Positions 53,816 to 64,000 of a DNA stretch of 64,000 nucleotides are shown here, one piece after another (position 1 is the first letter of the stretch; each line of letters starts with the position of its first letter). The translations under genes and the position numbers were made by a program. The notes beneath the pieces are model-generated. The model saw only the letters and a list, made by a program, of their open reading frames with translations. It ran no database searches and was not told the origin of the DNA. The DNA is from Rebecca billardiae RCC1528 (taxonomy: Eukaryota > Protista > Haptophyta): contig OZ251227.1 of the NCBI GenBank assembly GCA_965240325.2, forward strand, positions 3,100,001 to 3,164,000, read 5' to 3'.

Positions 53816-55415
53816 GGGCGCGCGGCCGGGCGGCGCGCGCGGCGGCTCTGCGGGTGCGGAGGGGAGGCGGCCTGGCGCGGGCGCGGGCGGCCGCGCGGCG
53901 CGGGCAGGGGGCGGCGCTCTGCCCGCGCAGCCGAGCGGCGGCGCAGCCGGCTCCGCCGCGCTGCCCGCGAGCGCGCGCTCTCAGCCGCCCAAGCCGACCG
54001 CCGCCGCCGACGGCGCGGCTCGGCCCGCGGGGCCAGCGGCCGCTTCCGCAGGCAAGGCGTCACAGCCGCCGAGCGGAGCAGCCGGCGCCGCAGCCCCGGC
54101 GCGGGGGGCGCAGCCACGCCGCCGCGCACCGGCCGCGCAGGGCGCTGCCTCCAGCGCGCCGCCCTCCGCGCGCGCCGGCGCCACCGCAGGCGGCGCCGCC
54201 GCGGCCGCGGCTGATGGCGGCGCGACCGCACTCGCCCCGCCGCCCGCCGCCGTCGCCGCCTCCGGTGGCGCGGCCGCCGAAGCAGAAGGTCCCGCGTGCG
54301 GCGCGGCGGCGGCGGGCGCGCCCAAGTCGCGCGTCGACGAGCGTCTTGCTGCCGCGCGCGCCTTCTCCCGCCGCTGCTCCTCATCCTCCTCAACGGCCGC
54401 CGCCGCCGCGGCCGGCTCGGCGGCCGGCGGCTCGGCGGCGTCAACGCCCGGGCGCGGCGCGTCGCCTGCGCAGCCAAAGTTGGCCAAGGCGGCGGCGGCG
54501 CTCCCGCCCGGGATGGCTCGCTCGCTGGCGGTGCGCGAGGTGGCGGGCGCCGACGGCGGCAGCGTGCTGGTCGGCGGCGCTGCGCTGGCCGGCGCGGACG
54601 GCCGCCCGAGCGATGGCGGCGCAGAAAGCGGGAGCCCTTCGGAGACCGCAGCGCCGTCCGCGGCGGGCACACAGCGAGCGGCGGGCGCGGCCGCTGCGGC
54701 TGCGGCGGGCGCGGCGGCGGCTGCGGCCGGCTCGGCTGCGGGCGGGTCGCCGGCGGGGACGCCCCCTCGCGATGCGGAGCTCGCCGCGCTCGCCGCCGCC
54801 TCCGCCGCAGCAGCCGGCACCTCCGCAGCCGCAGCCGCTGCAGCCGCCGGCACCTCCCCAGCTGCAGCCGCAGCCGCAGCCGCAGCCGCAGCCGCTGCGC
54901 CTCACACGTCTGCGGAGCCGGCGGCGGGCTCGGACTCGGCGGTTGAGTTGCAGATGAGGGCTCTGGAGTACGAGGTGGAGGCGGCGCGCGCCGAGCTCGC
55001 GCGCGCGGAGCGTGAGAGGCAGGCGGGGATCGCGGCGAGCATCGGCACGCCCGCGCGCAGCGGCGCGTACGCCGTGTTCAGACTGCCGCCTCGCGAGGAG
55101 CAGCCCGCGCCGGCGGAGGCGCAGGGCGGTGGCGCGGCGGACGCGGCGGCGCGCGCGCTCGGCGCGGCGCACGCGGCGCACGGCGTGCCCACGCTGCTGC
55201 GCGCATCGACGTCGAGCATCACGAACGCGCGGCTGGGCGCGGGCGGCGCGCTCGCGTCGAGCCGACGGCCCTCGAGCGCGGGCGGCGGCGCGTCCAAGCT
55301 GCATGCGCGCGCCAAGCTGCTCGGCTCGACTTCGAGCGCGGTGCCTGCAGCGCTCGCGCACGCTGCAACGACCGCGACGCCGGCCCGCTCGGCGACGGCG
55401 ACCGCGATGAAGTAG
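51614..55415 (+). CDS. SDS22-like leucine-rich repeat protein with a long low-complexity tail, 2 exons (51614-52302, 52421-55415)
   Basis: Many LxxLxLxxNxL repeats and an LRRcap-like LQGNPLC..LERLND. Intron 52303-52420 joins TSLDGMPRL. Confidence 0.8.
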
Positions 55416-55655
55416 TAACAGTGCTATCGGCAGGCGGTCATCGTCATCGACAGCGCACAGCAAACTCAGACGAAAGCGGTGCTGTATACTCAACTGTAGG
55501 ACTGTCTGTAACTAGTAGCATGACTTTGCTACTACTAGGAAAATCTTATGCGGCGGAACGAAACGCACGCCCGACTGCGCACCCGAGCGAGTATTTTTAG
55601 GTCCGACGACCGACGAAGACGCGGTGCCAACTGTCGCATCGTGAGGACGTGAGCT

Positions 55656-56167
55656 GTCCGCATGGACCCGAACGTCCCCACCACGCGCGAGGCGCTCGAG
55701 AAACTATCCCTCAAGGAGCTCAAGTCGCGCGCCGAGCACCTCGGCATCGACAATCCACAAGGCCACAAGAGCCACAGGGAGACGTGGATCAAGGCCATCC
55801 TCGACGCGCAGGCCCCCGTGCCGCCCGTCCGCATGGACCCGAACGTCCCCACCACGCGCGAGGCGCTCGAGAAACTATCCCTCAAGGAGCTCAAGTCGCG
55901 CGCCGAGCACCTCGGCATCGACAATCCACAAGGCCACAAGAGCCACAGGGAGACGTGGATCAAGGCCATCCTCGACGCGCAGGCCTCCGTGCCGCCCGTC
56001 CGCATGGACCCGAACCCCACCACACGCGAGGCGCTCGAGGAACTATCCCTCAAGGAGCTCAAGTCGCGCGCCGAGCACCTCGGCATCGACGATCCACAAG
56101 GCCACAAGAGCCACAAGGAGACGTGGATCAAGGCCATCCTCGACGCGCAGGCCCCCGTGCCGCCCGC
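55656..56167 (+). repeat. Three near-identical 171 bp tandem repeats
   Basis: ATGs at 55662, 55833 and 56004, spaced exactly 171 bp apart. Confidence 0.95.
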
Positions 56168-57086
56168 CGGCCGGCCGCCCGCCCCCCCGTCTGAGTCGTC
56201 ACAGACCCCCGTGGGCACCGCCCTGCTCATCGGCGCGAGCCAGTGCCCGAATGAGTTTAAGGGCATCTCTGGACCCGAGGACCTCAAGGGCATAGAGCTG
56301 CGAAAGCGCTACTTGCCCCGCGCCGCCAGCGGCAGCCAGGCGCTCCCGGACGTGGCGCAGGACGTGGCCACCATGCGCAAGATCTTCACGGACACGTCCA
56401 CACTCCCGGGCATGGAGGTGCACGGCGCCTTTGTCGGCAAGGACGGGACGGGCGCGCTCACGCGGCGCGCCTTCCTGAACAAGGTGCAGCGGCTGCTCGA
56501 GACGCCGGGGAAGCGCCTCTTCGTGCTCTACTTTGCCGGCCACGGCACCAACGCCAAGGCGCACCCGGGCGCCCTCGCAGTGGAGGACGGCGTGGTCACC
56601 CTCGGCGACCTCATCGGCATATGGGAATCGCGGCCGATCGGGCAGCGGCGGAACCAGTACTTTGTGGTCATCGCCGACTCGTGCTTCTCGGGCGAGCTGG
56701 TGAGCCAGCTGCGCCAGCTCCCGCCGGAGCGCCGGGACGTGCTCAACATGGCCGTGCAGGCCGCGTGCGGCGCCAACGAGGTCAGCAACGGGGGCGTCTT
56801 CACGAGCACCTTCGCCGGCAAGCAGCGCACGCCTCCCGAAAAATTTGAGTGGCAGCGCATGTTTGACGATCCGGAGCGCGTGCGGCCCAAGTGCACAGAG
56901 TGCCGGGCCTTCTTCACCGAAGGCTGCCGCATGTGCCGCCGGCTCCAGCGCGCAGGCTTCTGGGCCAGCAAGGACGACATCCAGCACCCAACCTTCTACT
57001 GCACCTGGTGCAAGCCGAGCAACCAGAGCGTGGACGCGACGCGCGTACCCTTCCAGAGCGCGCCGCTGCGCTTTTTTAAGCGCTAG
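55662..57086 (+). CDS. Caspase-like (peptidase C14/metacaspase fold) protein with three N-terminal SAP/Rho-N-like helical repeats and a Cys-rich C-terminus
   Basis: LYFAGHG (His) and VIADSCFSG (Cys) dyad; ALLIG and DVATMRKIF; C-terminal CxxC..CxxC..CxxC. Confidence 0.78.
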   Translation: MDPNVPTTREALEKLSLKELKSRAEHLGIDNPQGHKSHRETWIKAILDAQAPVPPVRMDPNVPTTREALEKLSLKELKSRAEHLGIDNPQGHKSHRETWIKAILDAQASVPPVRMDPNPTTREALEELSLKELKSRAEHLGIDDPQGHKSHKETWIKAILDAQAPVPPAGRPPAPPSESSQTPVGTALLIGASQCPNEFKGISGPEDLKGIELRKRYLPRAASGSQALPDVAQDVATMRKIFTDTSTLPGMEVHGAFVGKDGTGALTRRAFLNKVQRLLETPGKRLFVLYFAGHGTNAKAHPGALAVEDGVVTLGDLIGIWESRPIGQRRNQYFVVIADSCFSGELVSQLRQLPPERRDVLNMAVQAACGANEVSNGGVFTSTFAGKQRTPPEKFEWQRMFDDPERVRPKCTECRAFFTEGCRMCRRLQRAGFWASKDDIQHPTFYCTWCKPSNQSVDATRVPFQSAPLRFFKR

Positions 57087-57387
57087 ACACGGATAGACGC
57101 GGCCGTCAGCAGAAGAAGGGCACTACGGCCTACTGGCGTGACTACTGGCGCCCGGTGACGGCGTGCCAGTGGCAGCCCGCACTCGCGAGCGTGCCATGGC
57201 CCATGAATGGCATAGCAATTATTATATTAGTAAATTATTATTAGCATGCGGCGGCCGGCCGGTGTGAGGCCGGGCGGCGCGCGGTCTGACGACGCATGCT
57301 GCCGAAGTATAGTACTCATTTATTATTTAAGCTGCTAGTAGATACTACCCGCGCTCTATTTAGGCGCCATCCAAAGCCTATATCTAG

Positions 57388-58991
57388 CTACGCGTAGCCG
57401 TCGTCACCGTAGTACACGACTGGCTCGTCTGCTTGTCTCCGGCCGTCGTCGTAGTCGTAGGCTGCTGCAGCGCCGCCTCTGTCGTCGTACTCATAGGCGC
57501 CGCGCTCGTCGTACGCGCCGTCGCCCGCATCGCCATCGGTGTACCCGCCTCCGTCCTCATAGCGATAACCGCCGCCATGATCCTCCGGGCGCGCGCCGCC
57601 GCCGGCTCCCGCGCCGCCCGAGCGCCGCGGCGTGTGCAGGTGGCTCGGCGACGCCGCGCCTTCCCGCACGTCGAGGTATCTGCCCTCGACTCTGAACATG
57701 TTCAGAGACAATGCCCTGCGGGCACGCGCGGCAGCCGCGTCGGTCGGCGTGCGGGTGGGCTGCGTGAGCGCACGGCGGCGCGCGGCGGCGCGTGCGCATG
57801 CATGCGCGCACGGCGCGCGCGCACGGCGCGCGCGCGCGGCTCGAGCGCGCGCGGCGCGCGCGCGCACCGCCGAGCAGCAATCGACTCGGCAAACTCAATC
57901 GCGGCCTCGGCTCCCCTCTCCTCGTCGAGGTCGGCGATGCGCAGCCTGACAATATCCGCCTCGCACACCGAGAAGATCCCGAGCACGCCGTCGCCGTCGA
58001 TCCCCAGCGGCAGATTACCCACATACACGCAGCGCGAGTCGCGCGAGAGGCCCTCGTATCGGACGATCGCGTCGGCATCATCGACCGGCTCGAGCGCGCA
58101 GGCCTTGCCGCCGGACTCGGGGAGCGTGATGGAGTGCAGCTCGAGCACGTCGTCGCGCGCGCGCTCGTCCACCAGCCGCACCAGCGCGCACCGCTGGTTC
58201 TCCCCGTCCACGAACAGGTCGAACTGCACCACGTCCTCAGCCCAGAGCTCGTCGCCAAAGCACTGCGCAATCTCGTCCTCGAGATTCGCGTCCGGCGCGT
58301 CGGCGGGCAGGTTGCGCACGAGCAGGCAGCGCTGCGAGCGGCGCGCGGCGGCGCGCGCGGCGCGCTCGCGCTCCTCCTCGTACACCGCGCGGAACTCGGT
58401 GTACGTCGGGTGGTCCCAGCTCGTCTCCCCGGTTTCGTCATTCGCATAGTAGACGTCGCCCTGGTCGGTGGTGTGCTCGCTCCACTCGGTCGGGAACGGC
58501 GCGTCGCGCGCCTCCTCGGCGATCCAGTGGAAGTCGACCTGGTCGAGCGGGATGCCGAGCCAGGCGAGGTGCGCGTCGAGCTCGTCGTCCGCCTCGCCCT
58601 CCTCCTCCTCGCCGTACCCATCGCCTGCGCTCTCCTCGTCGCCGTCCACGATCGGCGCGGACCTCCTAGCCGGCCGGTAGCCCACGTCGTCCGAGTAGCG
58701 GTTGTCGTGCCGATGGTCGTCGTCGTACTCGGCGGAGCCCTCGTCCTCCTCCTCCAAAATCCCATTCCCGGCCTCGTGGAGCACCGCGTGCAGCATGCCC
58801 TCCTCGAGCGCGCGGATGTCCTGCTCACTCGCATGCTGGCTACCGACCGGCGCGCCCGCCCCCTCGCCGACGCGGTCTCGCCTCTTGGCGCCGAAGCGCG
58901 CCCGGCTGAAGCGGCTGGCGGCGGGTTTCCTCCCGCTGCCGCTCGCCGCCTCGCCGTCCGGCGGCTCACGCGGCTCGCGCCGCCGCCACAT
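57388..58991 (-). CDS. WW-domain (CEP164-N-like) + RRM-like protein, 2 exons (58991-57868, 57715-57388)
   Basis: WLGI..WIAEEA..P.P.EW..GDVYYAN.ETGETSWDHP; RNP2-like LLVRNLP and VYVGNLP; intron 57867-57716. Confidence 0.72.
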
Positions 58992-59290
58992 GGCGAGTGG
59001 CGCCGCGTAGCCGGGCGCGAGACTGCTGTTGGCGCCCGCAAGCAAGCTCGCCACCTCCTTCGGCTACAGGTTTTGTCGCCTCGGACCTGTTGATCGTCAT
59101 ACTGACGAGTGAAACAGAACATCCCGGACTCCCATCCGCCAATCGTTGCACGCCCGGACTCTCAATTGAAGACGAGCTCTCGATCGATGCGGGTACACAC
59201 TACCCCCCATAGTCGGCTGCCATTCTGAGTGTTGACGACTTGAGAATCTGAAAACGGACGGCGGGTCGGGAAGACATCGGAGTCGCCAGC

Positions 59291-59992
59291 ATGGCTGGTG
59301 CGCCGGGCGCGGCCGAGGAGGAGGGCTTGGCAAAGGTTGGCCGCACGTTCACGGGGATGATTCGGCTGCTGCGCGGGTATCGCCCCATCCACGCCGATGC
59401 GCGCCCTGGCGTGCGCGGCGCCTTCGAGCGCATCGCGTGGGAGGCGCCCGTGCTCGTGCATTCCGAAGGGGAGCTCGCACCGATCCTCGCGAGCCTGAAC
59501 ACACAGACGTTCTCCAAGAACTCGAGAGAGGCGGCGCGCCCTGTCGGCCACGCGCTGGTCGAGCAGTCCCGCGCGGATGCGCTGCGCTTCCCGCTCCTCG
59601 TGCTCTTCGACCGCTCCGCGCATGCCTCGCACGCGGTGCGCGTCGAGCGCGCGGCGGGCGGCGTGCTTGACGTTCACGTCGAGCGCACCGTGCCGCCGCG
59701 CGCCGGCGCGACGCCGGTAGATATCGGCCGATACACCGCCGTCGAGCTGATCATGCCGCCGCCGCCCGGGGACGACGCGACGACCGGGCCTGCCTACGCG
59801 ACACGCAGCCGCAAGCGCATGCTGGTCATTACAGCCTCGTCAAATCCGGCCGAGCTGCGGGCATTGGCCGCCACTGACGGCGGCGGTGACGCGTCGGAGG
59901 CTCCGGAGACTCGCGAGAGGAGCGTGCACGTGCGCGTGCTGGGCTCCCTGCCTGGCGCACCAGTCGACGCTGGTCGCGTCCACGACCGATAA
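59291..59992 (+). CDS. Hypothetical protein
   Basis: ATG-initiated 233 aa ORF with coding-like composition; no confident family. Confidence 0.5.
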   Translation: MAGAPGAAEEEGLAKVGRTFTGMIRLLRGYRPIHADARPGVRGAFERIAWEAPVLVHSEGELAPILASLNTQTFSKNSREAARPVGHALVEQSRADALRFPLLVLFDRSAHASHAVRVERAAGGVLDVHVERTVPPRAGATPVDIGRYTAVELIMPPPPGDDATTGPAYATRSRKRMLVITASSNPAELRALAATDGGGDASEAPETRERSVHVRVLGSLPGAPVDAGRVHDR

Positions 59993-60263
59993 TCTCCGGT
60001 GCAGTGCGCAGCAGGAAACCTGGAGTGCGCAGCGTGATCAGTGATGATGAGGAAATCCGGGATTTGAGATTTCCTCATCAAATCCAAATCCGCCCTTTCG
60101 GCTGTCGTAGAAAATCGTCGCGCCAGAAATAATCGACAATTAAGACTTTCTGCATCGAATTTCGCCGTCCGGAAGAATCGTAGCGCGCCGCCGCCCGGGC
60201 CGGCGCGCGCGCGAGGCGAGAGATCGAAGCCGGAACGCGGCCGACGTCATTACCGACGCAATC

Positions 60264-61618
60264 ATGGTGCCGCTGGTCTCCCTGCTGGCTCTGAGCTCGG
60301 TGTCCGCGGCTCGGGGCGTCTCCGCGTTCCGCGCACCGGTCGCTCGGCAAGCGCGCCACGCCGCCGCGCGCGCGGCTCCGCAGATGGCGCTGCCCATCGA
60401 CCTGACGGGCAAGGTCGCGTTCGTGGCGGGTGTGGCCGACTCGACCGGCTACGGTTGGGCGATCGCAAAGGCGCTGGCCGAAGCCGGCGCGAAGATCACG
60501 GTGGGCACGTGGCCCCCGGTGCTCGGCATCTTCACCAAGTCCCTCGAGGCGGGCAAATTCGACGCCGACATGGTCCTCTCCGACGGCTCGAAGATGGTGA
60601 TCGAGAAGGTGTACGCGCTCGACGCCGTGTTCGACGGCCCCGAGGACGTGCCTGACGAGGTGAAGAACAACAAGCGGTACGCGGGGTGCGCCTCGTTCAC
60701 CATCTCGGAGTGCGCCACGGCCGTCGAGGCCGACTACGGCAAGATCGACATCCTCGTCCACTCGCTCGCCAACGGGCCGGAGGTGACGAAGCCGCTGCTC
60801 GAGACGAGCCGCAAGGGCTACGTACGCGCGGCGCACGCGCGCACGCGCGAGAGGCGCACGCACGCGGGCGCGGGCGCGAGGCGCACGCACACGCGCGCGC
60901 GGCGCACGCGCGCGGGCGCGGCGCACGCGTGGGCGCACGTGGGCGCACGCGCGCGTGGGCGGCCTCTGCGCGTGCGCGCGCCGTGCGCACGCGCACCGCT
61001 CCGCTGCCGCGCCGCGTGCGCTCACATTCGCTCCCGCGCGCCCCGCGCCCTCGCCGCACACGCGCGCTCCTCCGCCGCGCCCGCCCGCCCCCTCCGCCGC
61101 GCGCGCACGCGGGCGTGCCGGCGCAGATGGCCGCCGCCAGCGCCTCCTCCTACTCGTTCGTCTCGATGATGCAAAAGTTTGGCCCGCTGATGAACAAGGG
61201 CGGCAGCGCCATTTCTCTGACCTACATTGCGTCGGAGCGCGTGATTCCGGGCTACGGCGGCGGGATGAGCAGCGCGAAGGCGGCGCTCGAGAGCGACACG
61301 CGCGTGCTCGCGTTCGAGGCGGGGCGCAAGTACGGCGTGACGGTCAACACGATCAGCGCGGGCGCGCTCAAGTCGCGCGCGGCCTCGGCGATCGGCGAGA
61401 AGGGCGAGAAGAGTTTTATTGAGTACGCCATCGACTATGCCAAGGCGAACGCGTGCCTCGAGAAGGACCTCTACTCGGACGACGTCGGGCAGGTGGCGGC
61501 GTTCCTGCTCTCGCCGCTCGCGGGCGCTGTGACGGGCGTCACGATGTACGTGGACAACGGGCTGCACGCCATGGGCCTCGCGGTCGACAGCAAAGCGATG
61601 GAGGGGTCGATGAAGTGA
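60264..61618 (+). CDS. fabI: Plastid-type enoyl-ACP reductase (FabI/ENR), 2 exons (60264-60821, 61127-61618)
   Basis: Signal plus transit peptide; [27 protein letters not shown] and [15 protein letters not shown]; intron 60822-61126. Confidence 0.95.
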
Positions 61619-62290
61619 GCGCGACGCGCGCTCGGTCAGGCGGGCGGCGGCGCGAGCAGCGCCGAGCAGCGGCGGCGCGCGCGGGGCCCCGCGGCATCCG
61701 GCCAGGGGCTCGCTGGCCCGCCGCTGACGACGGCGTGTGCCACCAGGCACCGTCATCGTCCGCGTGCGCCCCGCCGTCCCGGTAGTGATGGCCATATTGC
61801 CGCGCGCGAGCGTGGGCAGCGCGATCGCGCCCGCCACGCCTGCGGCGCGTCGTGTGTTGTCCTCCGCAGCGGGCCAGCGGCAGCATACTGTATGAGATTC
61901 GTAGCAGCAGCAGCGCGTCGTCGTCGCGTATCGCACTCGACGGCGTACTACTACCTAGCTATTATTCGTCCATATACACTGTCTGATGTCCACCACCGGC
62001 GCCTACGCGCCTCGGTCAGCTGCCAATAAGGCGCCACGGCCCACGCCGCAGCCGGTCCGGCGGACCGGCGAGCGCGCCCTTCGGCTTCCCTCCGTCGGGC
62101 GTATGCCGGGCGCCGCAGCCCCGGCGCTCGCGTCTTGCGGCCAGCGTCTACTGTGATGAAGAACACTGTGGTCGTCCACCGCCGGGCCTGGTCCACCCCC
62201 GCCCCGTGTCGTGGTCGCCGCTGCATGTAGCGTGGCTGCATGTAGACATCCTCGGCTGCTGTGAGTGTGACGCAGGCGCTGCGTCCCGCG

Positions 62291-63207
62291 TCACAGCACT
62301 GATGAGTGAGAAGCTGTGCTGCAGGGAGGGGCCCATGTTTGCGTCCAGCATCGCGGCTGAGCTGTCAGCTTGGAACACGCCACTTGATGGCATCTGCCTG
62401 CAGTAGAGGAATCAATCAGTCGCGAAGAGCGTCGCCGCCCCTGCGCCCGTCGCAGGATCCGCTGGTGAGCCAGTCTGAGCGCATAGGCCGCACCACCACC
62501 GAACACAAAAGCGACGAGCGCGGCGGTCAGCGCAACCGGCTGCCACGTGCGCTTCGCGCCAATCGACTGCAGGAAGGCGAACATGCCCGCCGTCCCTCCC
62601 TTGTATGCTACCGACTGCCAAAGAGCCGCGAGGGAGCCCTTGGTGACGCCGGCCGTGCCGAAGCCCAGCAGTGGCACGGCGACTGCACCTGCCAACACCG
62701 CGATCGCCACCACTGCGACGATAAGGGCAGGACACCAACCGGTGGCAGGCTGAGTGTGCTCGGCACTGTCGTACGAGATCAAGAAGTGCTCCCAGGACTG
62801 CCGCACTGGCGCATGGGCAGTCACGCGGTCGCGGATGGTGCCGAGCCACTGGTGGCCATGGCAGGTCAGATAATAACCGTGCGCCGAGCGTAGCGCCCAC
62901 TTGCCGTTGGCGCAGCGCTCGAGCGTCCACTGCTCAAACTCACCGAGCGTCTCGCGGTCGGCAAGCACATGGCCACTTGCAAACGCCGTCAGCCACTGAT
63001 CGTAATGGGAGCGTAGCCCGATGCGAGCCGAAGTCTCGGAGAGCCACTCGAGCACGTGCGCCACTGCTCAGACGTGTGACCGTCCCCAAAGTGATTGCAC
63101 TGCACCAAGCCCGACGGGTGGGCGCACAGGGCGGGATGGCCTCGATGGGAGAATGAGGTCCTAGCCGCGCGTATGTAGCAGGCGCGTGGCACTGGCCCGA
63201 GCTCCAT
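62291..63207 (-). pseudogene. Fascin-like beta-trefoil + IFI27/ISG12 (Ifi-6-16)-like membrane domain, frameshifted near 63060
   Basis: Fascin-like GLRSHYDQWLTA..EQWTLE..ALRSAHGYYL..WEHF. Ifi-6-16-like LGFGTAGVTKGSLAA.WQS..G.FA.LQSIGA. A further trefoil repeat (LCAHPSGLV..EQW) lies upstream in another frame. Confidence 0.6.
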
Positions 63208-63783
63208 TCCGGCTTAGCCTCGAGCGTGGATGAGGCGCTCCGAGCGGACGTGATCGGACCCGCCGGTCGGCCGGAGATGCTTGACCTTGTCCTTGAACCG
63301 GCGCGCGGGCGTGACCCCCCCGTTTGTTACCAAATCACTGGTATTGCTGACAGTTAATGACTGTGTCGCTGTGAGACGACAGACGTCATCTGATTCACTG
63401 ATCAATGCCCATTCTCAGATTCTGCTCGTACTGTCTACTGACTACTTCGGAGTAACAGTGAGAGCTTATAGAACTGACTGAGGGTCCGACTCACACCTCC
63501 AGCAACTGTCCGCTCTCGGACGCGGTGCTAAGAGCCGACGTAAGCCCGCGGACCCGGCGGTGGCCGGTCCCGGAGCCGGTGCCGCATTCGCAACGCGGCA
63601 CTCGATTTCGGCATGAGTGCCTTGTGAGTTGTGGCCCGGCGGCCCGTGCCAGCCCGCATGCACCGATTCGGCACGGTGGCAGAGGTGCCCACTGCCCAGT
63701 CCGGACAACGGACAAGGTGGCGCCGCGCGCGACCCCGAGCCCTGGCACCGCGGCTCGGCCGGGCAGCGCATCGCAGCGCCCGA

Positions 63784-63999
63784 TCAGAACGGCACGAACT
63801 CCTTGTCGATGATGTGCTTGTGCGAGCCCATCTTGCCGTGCGCGACCATCGAGCCGAGCGCGTCGACGATGATCCGGAGCGCCATCAGGCTGGTGATGTC
63901 GGAGACGTCGTACGGCGGCGAGACCTCGACGATCTCCATCCCGCACAGGCCCTCCTTCGCCACGAGCCCGACCAGCTTCAGCGCCTCGCGCGGCAGCAG
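63784..63999 (-). CDS. C-terminus of an agmatinase/ureohydrolase-family enzyme (gene continues beyond the window)
   Basis: Own translation: LLPREALKLVGLVAKEGLCGMEIVEVSPPYDVSDITSLMALRIIVDALG...FVPF*; the VEVSPPYD motif is typical of ureohydrolases. Confidence 0.8.
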   Translation of the reverse strand: MLPREALKLVGLVAKEGLCGMEIVEVSPPYDVSDITSLMALRIIVDALGSMVAHGKMGSHKHIIDKEFVPF

Positions 64000-64000
64000 G

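Overview
Very GC-rich, gene-dense eukaryotic nuclear DNA with short (CG)n-rich GT-AG introns and plastid-type genes (FabI, phytyl-ester-synthase-like acyltransferase). This suggests an alga with a complex plastid, possibly a Pavlovales haptophyte such as Diacronema (inference only). The centrepiece is a ~16 kb cluster of six genes with no apparent introns (~12.0-27.8 kb) that looks like a hybrid UV-sunscreen pathway. It holds a sugar-phosphate cyclase with EEVS-type rather than DDGS/MysA-type motifs, transcribed divergently from a methyltransferase-oxidoreductase fusion (MT-Ox-like); together these form the gadusol module known from vertebrates. It also holds MysC-like ATP-grasp and MysD-like D-Ala-D-Ala-ligase genes (the mycosporine-like amino acid module), an extended-SDR reductase, and an MFS transporter fused to a TauD-like Fe(II)/2OG dioxygenase. 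The cluster is interrupted by a 3.8 kb foldback element (~855 bp TIRs, TCCCT target duplication) and by a truncated (TA)n-associated non-LTR retroelement that has three copies in the window. Other content: bestrophin, RPL5, two divergent glycosyltransferases, a Tc1/mariner-like non-autonomous element, a LON-N domain protein, LRR and coiled-coil proteins, a caspase-like protease with three tandem helical repeats, a WW/RRM protein, a frameshifted fascin/IFI27-like gene, and the 3' end of an agmatinase-like gene. All family assignments rest on motif recognition, not database searches.
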